64,000 nucleotides of DNA from an uncultured Candidatus Saccharibacteria bacterium (GCA_964545165.1 CAZJEQ010000001.1:1971-65970); one strand, 5' to 3'. Shown: positions 1 through 8,779, counted from the first letter of the stretch. Numbers and translations: made by a program. The notes: generated by a model not told the origin, from the sequence alone.

Positions 1-2
1 AA

Positions 3-968
3 GCGACGAACCTTGAGGCGGGGATCGAGGTCGGTGTGGTCGCTGATATCTCTGAGAAGGGTGTCGTCGCTGTCTCGGCGACGGTTCTCTCGCAGACACT
101 CCGTTCAATCATGGCGGACAAGGTTACTTTTACCTCCGAAGAAAATAATCTCCTCATTGAGTCCAAGGGTACTAAGACACTTATCAAATCGGTCCCGCAC
201 GAAGAATTTCCGACACTTCCGACCTCCGGCACAGGTAAGGCAATAAAGATCGAACGTGAGCGACTTTTGAGCGCATTGCAGGCCGTCTCATACGCAGCCT
301 CACCCTCGATGATCCGCCCCGATCTTGGTTCTATCTATCTTGTGGTCAAAGATGGTGCGCTCACCTCCGTCGCAACTGATTCGTTCCGTCTCGCCGAAAA
401 GACGGTGAGTGATACGGGTGCCAAGATGGAGGGCGAACTCTTGATTCCGGTGAAGCATGCACTTGAGTTGGCGCATATCCTGGAGCGATTGGAGGGGGAT
501 ACGGTCTCGCTTGCCATTGAAGATTCGCAGCTGACACTGATAGGTGACGGCACACGCTTTTCTTCGCGTGTAGTGGATGCGCAATTTCCGAACTACAAAG
601 AAATTATCCCCAAAACGGCGACGACTGACGCCACCGTACTCAAGAGTGATTTTGCAGAAATGCTTCGGAAGGCGCGCGTTTTCTCAGGACAGGATATGCA
701 CGTCGGCCTTCATGTGTACCCCAAGAAAAAGATTTTTACCGCAACGGCACGCTCCAATGACGTAGGTGAGATGTCTGATGAGATCGACGGCGCACTGAAT
801 GGGGAAGATCTCGATATTAATTTCCATATCGGCTACCTCGCCGACTGTCTCTCGTCTGTGCAGGCAGATTCACTCGTGCTCTCCTTTGCGGGTCCCGGAA
901 AACCACTCGTCATTAAGGGGGTATCGGACAATTCCTTCCGTTACCTGGTCATGCCACTTAATAGGTAG
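3..968 (+). CDS. dnaN: DNA polymerase III beta sliding clamp (5'-truncated by window edge)
   Basis: Frame is open from base 3 (ATNLEAGIE...); contains ATDSFRLAE, FPNYKEIIP and the C-terminal YLVMPL clamp motifs. Confidence 0.95.
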   Translation, partial: ATNLEAGIEVGVVADISEKGVVAVSATVLSQTLRSIMADKVTFTSEENNLLIESKGTKTLIKSVPHEEFPTLPTSGTGKAIKIERERLLSALQAVSYAASPSMIRPDLGSIYLVVKDGALTSVATDSFRLAEKTVSDTGAKMEGELLIPVKHALELAHILERLEGDTVSLAIEDSQLTLIGDGTRFSSRVVDAQFPNYKEIIPKTATTDATVLKSDFAEMLRKARVFSGQDMHVGLHVYPKKKIFTATARSNDVGEMSDEIDGALNGEDLDINFHIGYLADCLSSVQADSLVLSFAGPGKPLVIKGVSDNSFRYLVMPLNR

Positions 969-983
969 GTGAGGTGGGGCGGC

Positions 984-1017
984 ATAGCAAAAGGCGCCGT
1001 GTGGCGCCTTTTGCTAT
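984..1017. terminator. Bidirectional intrinsic terminator
   Basis: ATAGCAAAAGGCGCC-GTGT-GGCGCCTTTTGCTAT perfect inverted repeat between convergent genes. Confidence 0.85.
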
Positions 1018-3440
1018 TGAATCGTGATCTGGATCTGGGTGGTCTCAATACCGGTGGTGGTCTGTACGAGCGCCTTGAGTGTCGCTGGGCCGCGGATGAC
1101 GGGCGTAAACGTCACGCCGTAGGGTGGCTGGTTGGCTGAGCCAACGAACTGATCGTTGAGGAAATACGAGACGCTTTGCGCATTTTGTGGATTTGCGTAC
1201 GAGGCGGTCGCGATAATCGGCATACCCGACGCCATAAATGTACCTGTTTGTGGAGAGAGTATCTGAAGATTGCCAGCCACGGGGGAGGTGGAGGTGCCGC
1301 TCGTCGGGTTCGCGAGATTTTGTCCCTGAGCCCACAGCTGCACGGGATATTCCCAATACGCATACTGCGGATCTGACCAGGGGTTTCCGGGGCGCCCACC
1401 GCGCGGATTTGATTTGCTGATCCAGTGCAAAATATCGTGCACGCCTTCGCTCGGGCTGGTGTTCCACTCACCACGAATGACTGGTGGCAGCGACGCGAGA
1501 TCAGGCTCTGGTGCAGGCGGGACGAAATCGTCCGACGGGTATTTCTTGAGCGCCTTCACGACGAATTCGTGCCACATCGGCGCGATGATAAATGCCGCGA
1601 TGCGCTTTTCCATTTGCGAGTTGTTGTTGTTGCCAGCCCACGCGCCCACGGAGATGCCCGGTGTGTAGCCGATGATCCACACGTCACGGAAATCGTTGGT
1701 GGTACCAGTCTTGTCGGCGACGTTGTAGCCGGGGAAGTACAGCGGAGAATTTGCGCCGAATTCGGGCGTACGCGCGACGTTGTCGGAGAGTACATCGTTC
1801 ATAAGGCGCGCGATTTGCGGATCGAGTACGCGCTCGGGCTTGGATTCGTAGGACTCGAGCACGGCGCCGTCTTTGTCAGTTACGCGCAGGATAGCGACCG
1901 GTTTGTTTTTCACGCCGTCGTTGGCGAAGACTGCGTACGCACCCGTCATCTCCAAAAGATTGACGTTGCCGCCGCCGAGAACGAGCGAAAGACCGTACTG
2001 TGATGCGTCGCCCAATGATGTGATACCCAGTGAACGCGCCATCTGGATAGCATCGTCGACACCGACGAGGTAGAGCGTCTTCACTGCGGGGACGTTTTCG
2101 GAAATTGCGAGCGCGTCGCGGAGCTTCAAGGGGCCCTTGAAGGTCCCATCGTAATTCGAGGGTGAGTAGCACGGTGGCGTGTCATTGGCGTAGTCGCTCG
2201 CTGCGCAGCGTGTGGAGAATTGTGTCGGCAAATCGAAAACGACGGTGTCTGGTGTATAGCCTTCGGCAAAAGCCGCTGCGTATACGAATGGCTTGAATGA
2301 TGAGCCCGGCTGGCGGCTCGCCGTCACCACATTTACCTTGCCATCTATGGTGTCGTCGAAGTAGCCCTTGGAGCCGACCATGGTGAGAATCTGGCCGGTC
2401 GAGGGCTCAATCGCGACGAGACCCTCGTTGGAGGCATTGAAGCTGGCGAGCATGCCCGGCGCAAATTTCTCTACGGTCGCTTCAGCATCGTTTTGCAGTT
2501 CGTAATCGAGCGTCGTGACAACATTGAGGCCATCGCGATACACCGCGTCGACGCCATATTTCTGCTCGAGATACTCGCGCACGTAGAAGACAAAGTGCGG
2601 CGCCTTGATACCTGCCTCGGTCTCGTCTTTGAATTGCACGGTCTCGGCCTTGGCCTCATCGTGCTCCTCGGCAGTGATGAATTTGTGTTCGAGCATTTTA
2701 TCCAGCACGAGATCTTTGCGCTTGTCCAAGAGTGCTTTGTTGTTGCCATAGGGTGAGTAGCGCGTCGGAGCCTGGGGAAGTGCCGCAAGGTACGCCGCTT
2801 GTGCGAGATCAACATCGATTGCGTCGACGCCGAAGAAATATTGCGAGGCCTCCTGGACGCCGTAGATCGTACCGCCGTAGGGATTTTCGTTGAGATACGT
2901 ATTCAAAATCTGATCCTTGGTGTAGAGACGTTCGAGGCGAAGCGCAAGAATGATCTCTTTGAGTTTGCGTGTCGGCTTTTTGTCTTGGGTGAGCAGCGCA
3001 TTTTTCACCACCTGCTGCGTGATCGTCGAGCCGCCTTGGCCGAGGAGATCACCGGTGGTGAGATTGATCCACACCGCGCGGAGAAATGCGAGGGGACGGA
3101 ATCCGTGGTGCTGGTAGAAGCTTGCATCTTCGATGGCGATCGTCGCGTCTTGGATCGATTTGCTCACCTGGTCGAGCGGCACCGAGGTGCGGCGTACGGT
3201 GCCGTGCACATCGTAGAGGACGATCTGTCCCGTACGGTCGTAGATCTTGGTGGATTGCGCGACGGCACGATTCTCGAAGCTCGTGATTGCGGGGATCGGC
3301 ATTACTGCCGCCCAGAGCACGATCGCTCCCACCGAGAAAAATCCGACAGCGATGATGCCCATCGCGGTGAGCTTCACCCAGTCGGGGAGCTGTGCGAATA
3401 ATCGTGAAGCGCGACGCCAGGCGCGTCGAATAAATTTCAT
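1014..3440 (-). CDS. Class A penicillin-binding protein (transglycosylase/transpeptidase) with C-terminal Ig-like domain
   Basis: N-terminal TM; EDxxFYQHHG and GGSTITQQ (TG domain); SSFK, SEN and KTG (TP domain); start taken at MKFIRR. Confidence 0.93.
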   Translation of the reverse strand: MKFIRRAWRRASRLFAQLPDWVKLTAMGIIAVGFFSVGAIVLWAAVMPIPAITSFENRAVAQSTKIYDRTGQIVLYDVHGTVRRTSVPLDQVSKSIQDATIAIEDASFYQHHGFRPLAFLRAVWINLTTGDLLGQGGSTITQQVVKNALLTQDKKPTRKLKEIILALRLERLYTKDQILNTYLNENPYGGTIYGVQEASQYFFGVDAIDVDLAQAAYLAALPQAPTRYSPYGNNKALLDKRKDLVLDKMLEHKFITAEEHDEAKAETVQFKDETEAGIKAPHFVFYVREYLEQKYGVDAVYRDGLNVVTTLDYELQNDAEATVEKFAPGMLASFNASNEGLVAIEPSTGQILTMVGSKGYFDDTIDGKVNVVTASRQPGSSFKPFVYAAAFAEGYTPDTVVFDLPTQFSTRCAASDYANDTPPCYSPSNYDGTFKGPLKLRDALAISENVPAVKTLYLVGVDDAIQMARSLGITSLGDASQYGLSLVLGGGNVNLLEMTGAYAVFANDGVKNKPVAILRVTDKDGAVLESYESKPERVLDPQIARLMNDVLSDNVARTPEFGANSPLYFPGYNVADKTGTTNDFRDVWIIGYTPGISVGAWAGNNNNSQMEKRIAAFIIAPMWHEFVVKALKKYPSDDFVPPAPEPDLASLPPVIRGEWNTSPSEGVHDILHWISKSNPRGGRPGNPWSDPQYAYWEYPVQLWAQGQNLANPTSGTSTSPVAGNLQILSPQTGTFMASGMPIIATASYANPQNAQSVSYFLNDQFVGSANQPPYGVTFTPVIRGPATLKALVQTTTGIETTQIQITIQ

Positions 3441-3462
3441 ACGTAGGGCAATTGTAGCGTAA

Positions 3463-3963
3463 TTACAATTTCTGGCGAAGTGCGGGCGCAAAACTTCGGG
3501 CGCGCGCGAGATGCGTGAGCCCAATAGCGATCGCGTCGTACTCGTCGTCTAGACGCACGGGGCGGGGGAATTTTACGAGCATGTGCAGCATGCGCGCAAT
3601 CTGCGCCTTGTCGGCGCGGCCGTCGCCCGTGATTGCGCTCTTTACTTCGCCCGGACCATACTCGTGAATCGTGAGTCCGGCAGCTCCTGCGGAGGAGAGG
3701 ATGGCTCCGCGCACTTCGGCGACGCGCATGGCGGTGGTGCGATTGGCCTTGAAGAAGAGTGTTTCCATGGCGAGTGCTTCGGGTGTATGTGCGCGCATCG
3801 CGGATTCGACCTCCTCGATGACGAGGCGGAGGCGGTCAGTAAATTCGAGATCCGATGATGTCTCGACGCAGGTCGAAAAAAGGAGCGTGTCGACCGTGCC
3901 GATGCGCTCCAAGACGGCGATACCGCATCGCCCGTAGCCCGGGTCGATCGCGAGCACTCGCAT
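3463..3963 (-). CDS. ruvC: Holliday junction resolvase RuvC
   Basis: MRVLAIDPG, ETLFF, VKSAITGDGRADK, DDEYDAIAIG motifs. Confidence 0.95.
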   Translation of the reverse strand: MRVLAIDPGYGRCGIAVLERIGTVDTLLFSTCVETSSDLEFTDRLRLVIEEVESAMRAHTPEALAMETLFFKANRTTAMRVAEVRGAILSSAGAAGLTIHEYGPGEVKSAITGDGRADKAQIARMLHMLVKFPRPVRLDDEYDAIAIGLTHLARARSFAPALRQKL

Positions 3964-3964
3964 A

Positions 3965-4111
3965 TTATTGCTGCTTCTCTTTGTCGCCGAATTGTTCAAA
4001 ACACGACATGCAGAGGTGTTTTTCTTTGGCGTCGCCATCGGTGGGAGTAAACACGATAGAGTCGCCCGGCTGGAGCGGCTTTTCGCAACTGTCGCAGACG
4101 TTTGCTGCCAT
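3965..4111 (-). CDS. Small putative zinc-ribbon protein (48 aa, not in ORF track)
   Basis: Manual translation MAANVCDSCEKPLQPGDSIVFTPTDGDAKEKHLCMSCFEQFGDKEKQQ; two CxxC motifs; fills the yebC-ruvC gap, stop 1 nt before the ruvC ATG. Confidence 0.75.
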   Translation of the reverse strand: MAANVCDSCEKPLQPGDSIVFTPTDGDAKEKHLCMSCFEQFGDKEKQQ

Positions 4112-4138
4112 GTCTGTAGTATATCGCGCTGCAAGCGC

Positions 4139-4669
4139 TTAGGCGGCGTTGGTGTAGACATCTTCGACGTCGTCGTGTGCGTCGATGGTCTCGAGAATTT
4201 TGAGGAGCTTTTCGTTGTCTTCTTCGGAGAGGGGGACGGTGGTCGTAGCTTCGAAGGCATTGGCGACTTTGGTAAATGCCCAGGCAGCAGAGCCAGGCGA
4301 GGCGAGCTCAAGGCCCTGCTCGCTCAGAAGGTGCTTGATCTCCTGCGCCGTGCGATTGCGACTATCGGTGAGCGTTTGTATCAAAATTGCTGCGCCGCCC
4401 GGGCCGTATGTCTCGTACAAGATAGCTTCCATCGCATCGGCATCGTTCGCGACGCCTTTTTTCACGGCACGCTCGATGTTGTCCTTGGGCATGTTGGCCT
4501 CCTTGGCCTTCTCGATCCAGGTGCGAAGCGTGGGCGAGGTGACGTCACCCGCGGCGATTTTGCTCTCGACGATGATGCGTTTGGCGATTTTGCTCCAGAG
4601 CTTGCTCTTGGCGGCATCGGTCGCACCTTTCTTGTGTTTAATCTGGGACCATTTGTTGTGTCCGGACAT
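4139..4669 (-). CDS. yebC: YebC/PmpR family protein (short form)
   Basis: MSGHNKWSQIKHKK, MPKDNIERAV, YETYGPGG, HDDVEDVYTN. Confidence 0.95.
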   Translation of the reverse strand: MSGHNKWSQIKHKKGATDAAKSKLWSKIAKRIIVESKIAAGDVTSPTLRTWIEKAKEANMPKDNIERAVKKGVANDADAMEAILYETYGPGGAAILIQTLTDSRNRTAQEIKHLLSEQGLELASPGSAAWAFTKVANAFEATTTVPLSEEDNEKLLKILETIDAHDDVEDVYTNAA

Positions 4670-4711
4670 GATGGAAGGGTATAGGGGATAGCGCAGAAAT
4701 GCAAAAAAAGA

Positions 4712-4744
4712 AAGACGCCGCGGAGCAAAGCTGCGCGGCGTCTT
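4712..4744 (-). terminator. Probable intrinsic terminator
   Basis: AAGACGCCGCG...CGCGGCGTCTT stem with an adjacent A-run (U-tract on the minus strand). Confidence 0.6.
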
Positions 4745-4836
4745 GTTGCCCGGGGGAAGGTCGGGCAACAGGTTCAGGTCAATACGCGACCCTCGTCAGC
4801 CGAGGCTGACGGACACGTCGCCCGACTAGAAGCGGG

Positions 4837-5391
4837 CTACTGCAGCGCCTGCGGATGACCGGCGGTGTTCTCGAGGATCGACGTCATCGCGTCCCACGTC
4901 TGCGCGAGCTTCGCGACGGTCAGCGTCGCGCCGTCGTCGATCGCCGCCTTGATGGCAATCTCGTCGGCCGCGGCCGGATCGATGATGCCACTGCTGATGC
5001 CCGTGCTGAGCATGTCGGTGCCGCTCACCTGGTAGCCGTCGTCGCCCGACGTCTTGGCGGTGATCACGCGCACGGTGCCACGATCAGGCGTTGGAAGCGC
5101 CGGCGCCGACACGAAGTCGATGTTGCTCTGGCACTGGCCGGCCGCGACGACATCCGGGTTGTGGTGCAGATAGTCGTTGCCGCCGATGCGAGCGTTACCA
5201 TTGATGATGTCGACCTGGCCGCGGTTGGCGGTGGCGAACACCTGGTTCTTGATCGTCGTGGTCTTCTCCATGAACGTCGGGCCAGCGATGCCGAATGCGT
5301 CGAACAGGGAGGTCGGCGGTGCGGCGTTGGCTTGCGAGACGAGGAATGCTGCAGCGAGCGCTGCCGCCCCCGTAATGAGCATGCGAGGCAT
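4837..5391 (-). CDS. Hypothetical secreted protein
   Basis: Signal peptide-like MPRMLITGAAALAAAFLVSQANA; one YLxxNPDVxAAG motif. Confidence 0.65.
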   Translation of the reverse strand: MPRMLITGAAALAAAFLVSQANAAPPTSLFDAFGIAGPTFMEKTTTIKNQVFATANRGQVDIINGNARIGGNDYLHHNPDVVAAGQCQSNIDFVSAPALPTPDRGTVRVITAKTSGDDGYQVSGTDMLSTGISSGIIDPAAADEIAIKAAIDDGATLTVAKLAQTWDAMTSILENTAGHPQALQ

Positions 5392-5555
5392 GATTACACA
5401 TCCTTTGTTTCGAGTCTTACGCAGTTTCGCTGCGAGGAAGGAACAGGGATAGACTCTTCCTACTGCGCACAGTAGCATTTCTTCATGTAAAGATCACCCG
5501 CACCTGCAGGGGGGGGCGGTGCTATACTTTCTTCATTAACGTAATCAGTCTTTTT

Positions 5556-6008
5556 ATGATGGAAATGATGAATAAGTGGTCGCGCTGGTGCAAGAATCGC
5601 GCACTCGGCCTCCTCCTTATCCGTGCTGCTATCGGTATGGTCTTCTTCGCTCACGGTTGGATGAAGATGCAGAATATGGACATGGCAGAAGCGATGTTTA
5701 TCGGCTTCGGATTCCCAGCATGGGTCGCGGTGGCTATCGCGTGGCTCGAGGTGATAGGTGGTATCGCACTTGTCCTCGGCGTCATGACGCGTCTCTTTGC
5801 GAAGCTCTTCGTGATCGTGATGATCGTCGCATTTTTCGTGACCGGTGGCATCTCCACAGGCTACTTTGCTCACGAGATGGAGCTCGTGCTCTTCTTGGGA
5901 TCGCTCGGCATTCTCTTCGCAGGGAGTGGTCGCTACTCGCTCTGGGCGTGTGAGTGCCACAATTGCGGTGCGATGAATTGCAAAGACGGCAACTGCCAAG
6001 CGAAATAA
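5556..6008 (+). CDS. DoxX family membrane protein
   Basis: LLLIR...FFAHGWMK, EVIGG, GSGRYSL; Cys-rich tail. Confidence 0.88.
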   Translation: MMEMMNKWSRWCKNRALGLLLIRAAIGMVFFAHGWMKMQNMDMAEAMFIGFGFPAWVAVAIAWLEVIGGIALVLGVMTRLFAKLFVIVMIVAFFVTGGISTGYFAHEMELVLFLGSLGILFAGSGRYSLWACECHNCGAMNCKDGNCQAK

Positions 6009-6030
6009 TCTTCGCTGTATAAAAAACGAT

Positions 6031-6055
6031 TCGGCGGCCTCTAGGGGGCCGCCGA
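6031..6055. terminator. Hairpin/terminator between convergent genes
   Basis: TCGGCGGCC...GGCCGCCGA inverted repeat. Confidence 0.55.
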
Positions 6056-6066
6056 CCAATAGGTGG

Positions 6067-6399
6067 CTAGATATTCTGCTGCTTCAGCTCACACCGTAGG
6101 TAGAGTACATCGTCGCCGAGGCCGCGTGTATTGCAGCGCACGTTGTGTGAGGTCAGCTCGAGGATGTGGCGTACCGCCTCCTCGTTGTGATTCACAAAGT
6201 GCGCAATCTCACCTTCGCCAAGATACTGGTAATGGCGCAAGAGATAGATCCCGACGGCGCGGATGTCGAAGTGCGCGGCGTTCTCGATTGGCTTGCATAG
6301 CTCTTCGCCTGAGCAGAGTCCATAGTGACGAGCGACGAACTCAAAGATACGCGCCGCTCGTGTCTCTGTTACGTTGCCGTAACGTATGAGGGCGTCCAT
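6067..6399 (-). CDS. Stand-alone protein resembling DnaA C-terminal (domain IV) HTH
   Basis: IFEFVARHYGL...R-AVGIYLLR...GEIAHFVNHNEEAVRH parallels the DnaA domain IV pattern (I..Va..y.l...R.iamYL.r...Ig..f...H.tV.h). Confidence 0.55.
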   Translation of the reverse strand: MDALIRYGNVTETRAARIFEFVARHYGLCSGEELCKPIENAAHFDIRAVGIYLLRHYQYLGEGEIAHFVNHNEEAVRHILELTSHNVRCNTRGLGDDVLYLRCELKQQNI

Positions 6400-6479
6400 A
6401 TTCTTGTCCTCCTCGACCTGCGTATATCGTAGACGTGCTCACTAGATAGCGCAACAAGATCAGACATTCTGCGCATGGT

Positions 6480-6535
6480 GTATACACATAGTTATGCACG
6501 CGGTTATACACCTCTTACCCACATACATATCCCCC
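6480..6535 (+). promoter_or_regulatory. Tandem array of DnaA-box-like 9-mers (candidate oriC or operator)
   Basis: GTATACACA (6480), TTATGCACG (6492), TTATACACC (6504), TTACCCACA (6515), each 1 mismatch to TTWTNCACA; weaker ATATCCCCC (6527); 11-12 bp period, same orientation. Confidence 0.6.
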
Positions 6536-6589
6536 GAATCGGCGAATATGCCCTGATTCATTAAAAAATAGCGTCGTTACAATGTATCG

Positions 6590-6830
6590 ACTGACCGCCT
6601 TACCGTGCGTCAGCGCAGCCGAGGACTGCTGCCCGCAAGGGGAGCAACACCAGGAGGCAGTTCCGCGGGATTACTCGCAGCTTCGGCTGGGAGGACAGAG
6701 CCGGAATCGTTCGGGGAGAGCAATGAGGGCGGTAGGTGCAAGACGGGGAGATCATATCAATCCGAGAAGTGCCGATTCGTCGTCCCACAATGCCCGAAAA
6801 CAAAAGAGACCCGAAAGGGTCTCTTTTGTT
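6590..6830 (+). ncRNA. Unidentified structured RNA candidate
   Basis: -10-like TACAAT at 6578; nested stems 6594-6601/6726-6733 and 6616-6624/6681-6689; GCAA-capped stem 6627-6646; stem 6665-6678; ends in a strong terminator. Confidence 0.55.
6799..6830. terminator. Intrinsic terminator
   Basis: AACAAAAGAGACCC-GAAA-GGGTCTCTTTTGTT perfect 14-bp stem. Confidence 0.88.
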
Positions 6831-6901
6831 ATACCGTGCGTTGCGGTCATTGTAGTTGATTTTCCAAGAAAATTGACCCGTATCCACAGTACGAAATATG
6901 T

Positions 6902-6930
6902 TTGCCTACATAGGCTTGCGGCGGTATTGT
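6902..6930 (+). promoter_or_regulatory. Putative sigma70 promoter of the retron
   Basis: TTGCCT-N17-TATTGT just upstream of the ncRNA inverted repeat. Confidence 0.5.
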
Positions 6931-6952
6931 GGTGACCGATCTTTGAGCCGTT

Positions 6953-7100
6953 ATTTAGCGACACATAATCGACTTTTCGCGGCGATCCTGCTGTGATGAA
7001 AGAAAATGTGAATCTTTTGCTCCGCTGTGTGCATAGCACCAGTTGTAGTCATGTCCTACATGAATGATGTAGAGGTATGAAGGATTTTGTGTCGCTAAAT
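6953..7100 (+). ncRNA. Retron msr-msd ncRNA
   Basis: Inverted repeat ATTTAGCGACACATAATC (6953-6970) / GATTTTGTGTCGCTAAAT (7083-7100), 17/18 paired; G6971 immediately after the first arm; stem-loops at ~6973-7002 and ~7024-7037; msd-like hairpin 7049-7080; directly upstream of a retron RT. Confidence 0.85.
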
Positions 7101-8691
7101 GCCGATTGATAAAAACAAATTTCTTGCAGTTAGGAATAAAATAGCGCTGGCGTCTCTTCTCGGTGTAAGTCCACGGGCGTTAAACTTCTTTGCCTATGCA
7201 GGAGGCAAAAGATATCGCAGCTTTGATATCAAGAAGAAAAGTGGCGCCCCGAGGTTGATTTCGGCACCTAGTGGACCGCTAAAAACCTTACAGCGGAAAC
7301 TCGCGCTCGTGCTCAATGACATATATCCAGCCCCGAATTCCTCGCATGGATTCGTTTGTCAGCGTTCGATCGTAACAAACGCTGAGCGGCACGTAAGGAA
7401 GCGGATCATTTTGAATCTAGATTTAGAGGATTTTTTCCCGACAATCCACTCGGGAAGAATTTACGGTCTTTTCAAATCGGAACCATTTGGCTTCCCACAT
7501 GAGGTGGCGTCGACTCTCGCGGCGCTCGTGACATTCGAGAACAAGCTGCCGCAGGGTGCTCCAACGTCTCCGATTCTATCGAACATGATCTGTTTTCAAT
7601 TAGATCGTGACATGGCCAAGTTTGCCGCTAGTCACCATGCGACATACACCAGATACGCAGATGACATAACATTTTCGACGATGAGTCGTCGCCTCCCCGA
7701 CGCGCTCGCAATTGAGTCGGCCAGCGGGGCAGAGGCCGGAGGTTTGTTAGAGGCTTTGATAGCTCGTCACGGCTTCAAAATTAACAGCGCCAAAACTCGT
7801 ACACACGGTCTTTCTCGTGCAAAATTCGTGACCGGGGTAAAGGTGAACGAAAAAAAGAACGTCACAAAGAAATTCACACGACAACTACGTGCCATGATTC
7901 ACGCGCTTGCGAAATTTGGCCCATCGAACGCGGGTGCGGAATTTAATTCAAAGTATAACGCTGGGCCCGCAAAGAATTACGTCAGCGTCGTGCGCGGAAA
8001 ATTGGCGCACTTAAAGAACGTAAAGGGAGAAGGAGATGCTCAATATGTCCACCTCTACAATCGATATGCATCAGTTTTCGGACTGCCGCAACTCACGGAG
8101 AAACGAGATCCCAGCGAAGATCTCGAATACAAGACGTTCACAGTCGTATCCAAGAAGGGCATGAGCTCTGGATTTATTCTTAACTCAAAATATCTTGTTA
8201 CTGCGGCTCACGCTCTTGAGGAAGGCGAGAATTCTGTAAAGTACTTTGACTTCAATAATTTCCCATCAACATGCCACAGAACGGGGAGGTTGCGAGCATG
8301 CTTTCCTGAAGTTGATATAGCGCTTTTCAACATTTCGGGTAACGATTTGGACGACATATCACTCGGCCTTCCAGAAAGATATAAGGAGTCCGTCAGAGGT
8401 GATGCTTTGCGTGCATCTGGGTATCCTCTCTCGCAGCCTGGACTGCGTCCCCACATCACACCGATTACGGTGACAGGTAAGATTAGAAATAAATACGGCG
8501 CGACCCTGGTGCATGTGGACGTCCATCTTCTGAGCGGGAATAGCGGAGGGCCGGTTGTGGACCAAGATAATCGTGTCGTGGGAGTAGTAAGTAGAGGTGC
8601 ACCTAACAAGGAAGACCCCGATTACGGCACCGCATTCGTGCCAGTAAGCGAGATATTGAGAGTCTTCGCAGAGGAAGGAATTTCTTTTTAA
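7099..8691 (+). CDS. Retron reverse transcriptase fused to a C-terminal trypsin-like serine protease (type XI-like architecture)
   Basis: Retron signatures NAERH and VTG; LDLEDFF, LPQGAPTSP, YADD; protease triad VTAAH / VDIALF / GNSGGP. Confidence 0.92.
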   Translation: MPIDKNKFLAVRNKIALASLLGVSPRALNFFAYAGGKRYRSFDIKKKSGAPRLISAPSGPLKTLQRKLALVLNDIYPAPNSSHGFVCQRSIVTNAERHVRKRIILNLDLEDFFPTIHSGRIYGLFKSEPFGFPHEVASTLAALVTFENKLPQGAPTSPILSNMICFQLDRDMAKFAASHHATYTRYADDITFSTMSRRLPDALAIESASGAEAGGLLEALIARHGFKINSAKTRTHGLSRAKFVTGVKVNEKKNVTKKFTRQLRAMIHALAKFGPSNAGAEFNSKYNAGPAKNYVSVVRGKLAHLKNVKGEGDAQYVHLYNRYASVFGLPQLTEKRDPSEDLEYKTFTVVSKKGMSSGFILNSKYLVTAAHALEEGENSVKYFDFNNFPSTCHRTGRLRACFPEVDIALFNISGNDLDDISLGLPERYKESVRGDALRASGYPLSQPGLRPHITPITVTGKIRNKYGATLVHVDVHLLSGNSGGPVVDQDNRVVGVVSRGAPNKEDPDYGTAFVPVSEILRVFAEEGISF

Positions 8692-8779
8692 ATGAGGCTC
8701 GAAATTTAAAAAATTCAGTATCTTCCGCAAAGCTTCATGTGCGAAGCGTAAGCTTGGCGGATAACCGCTAGCAACATCT

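Noticed and set aside
3463-4311. Extended N-termini given by the ORF track for ruvC, ruvA, ruvX, Cap5, TrmH and TerS
   Set aside because: Extensions overlap neighbouring genes; family-typical starts lie downstream and were used instead
6627-6705. SRP RNA or cobalamin riboswitch
   Set aside because: Only fragments match (GNRA stem plus AGCA; GAGCCGGAA); the SRP 5' CAGG strand and the B12 core elements are missing
6605-6720. Group II intron remnant (GTGCG start; GAGCCG...GTTCGGGGAG)
   Set aside because: The domain V-like part is far too short and lacks the catalytic helix; resemblance is probably chance
7099-8691. RT as group II intron, DGR or CRISPR-associated RT
   Set aside because: Retron-specific NAxxH and VTG motifs and an msr-msd inverted repeat are present; no maturase context, TR/VR pair or cas1 was seen
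8724-8761. Inverted repeat after the retron RT as a mobile-element end
   Set aside because: No matching repeat on the left side; more simply a terminator-like hairpin
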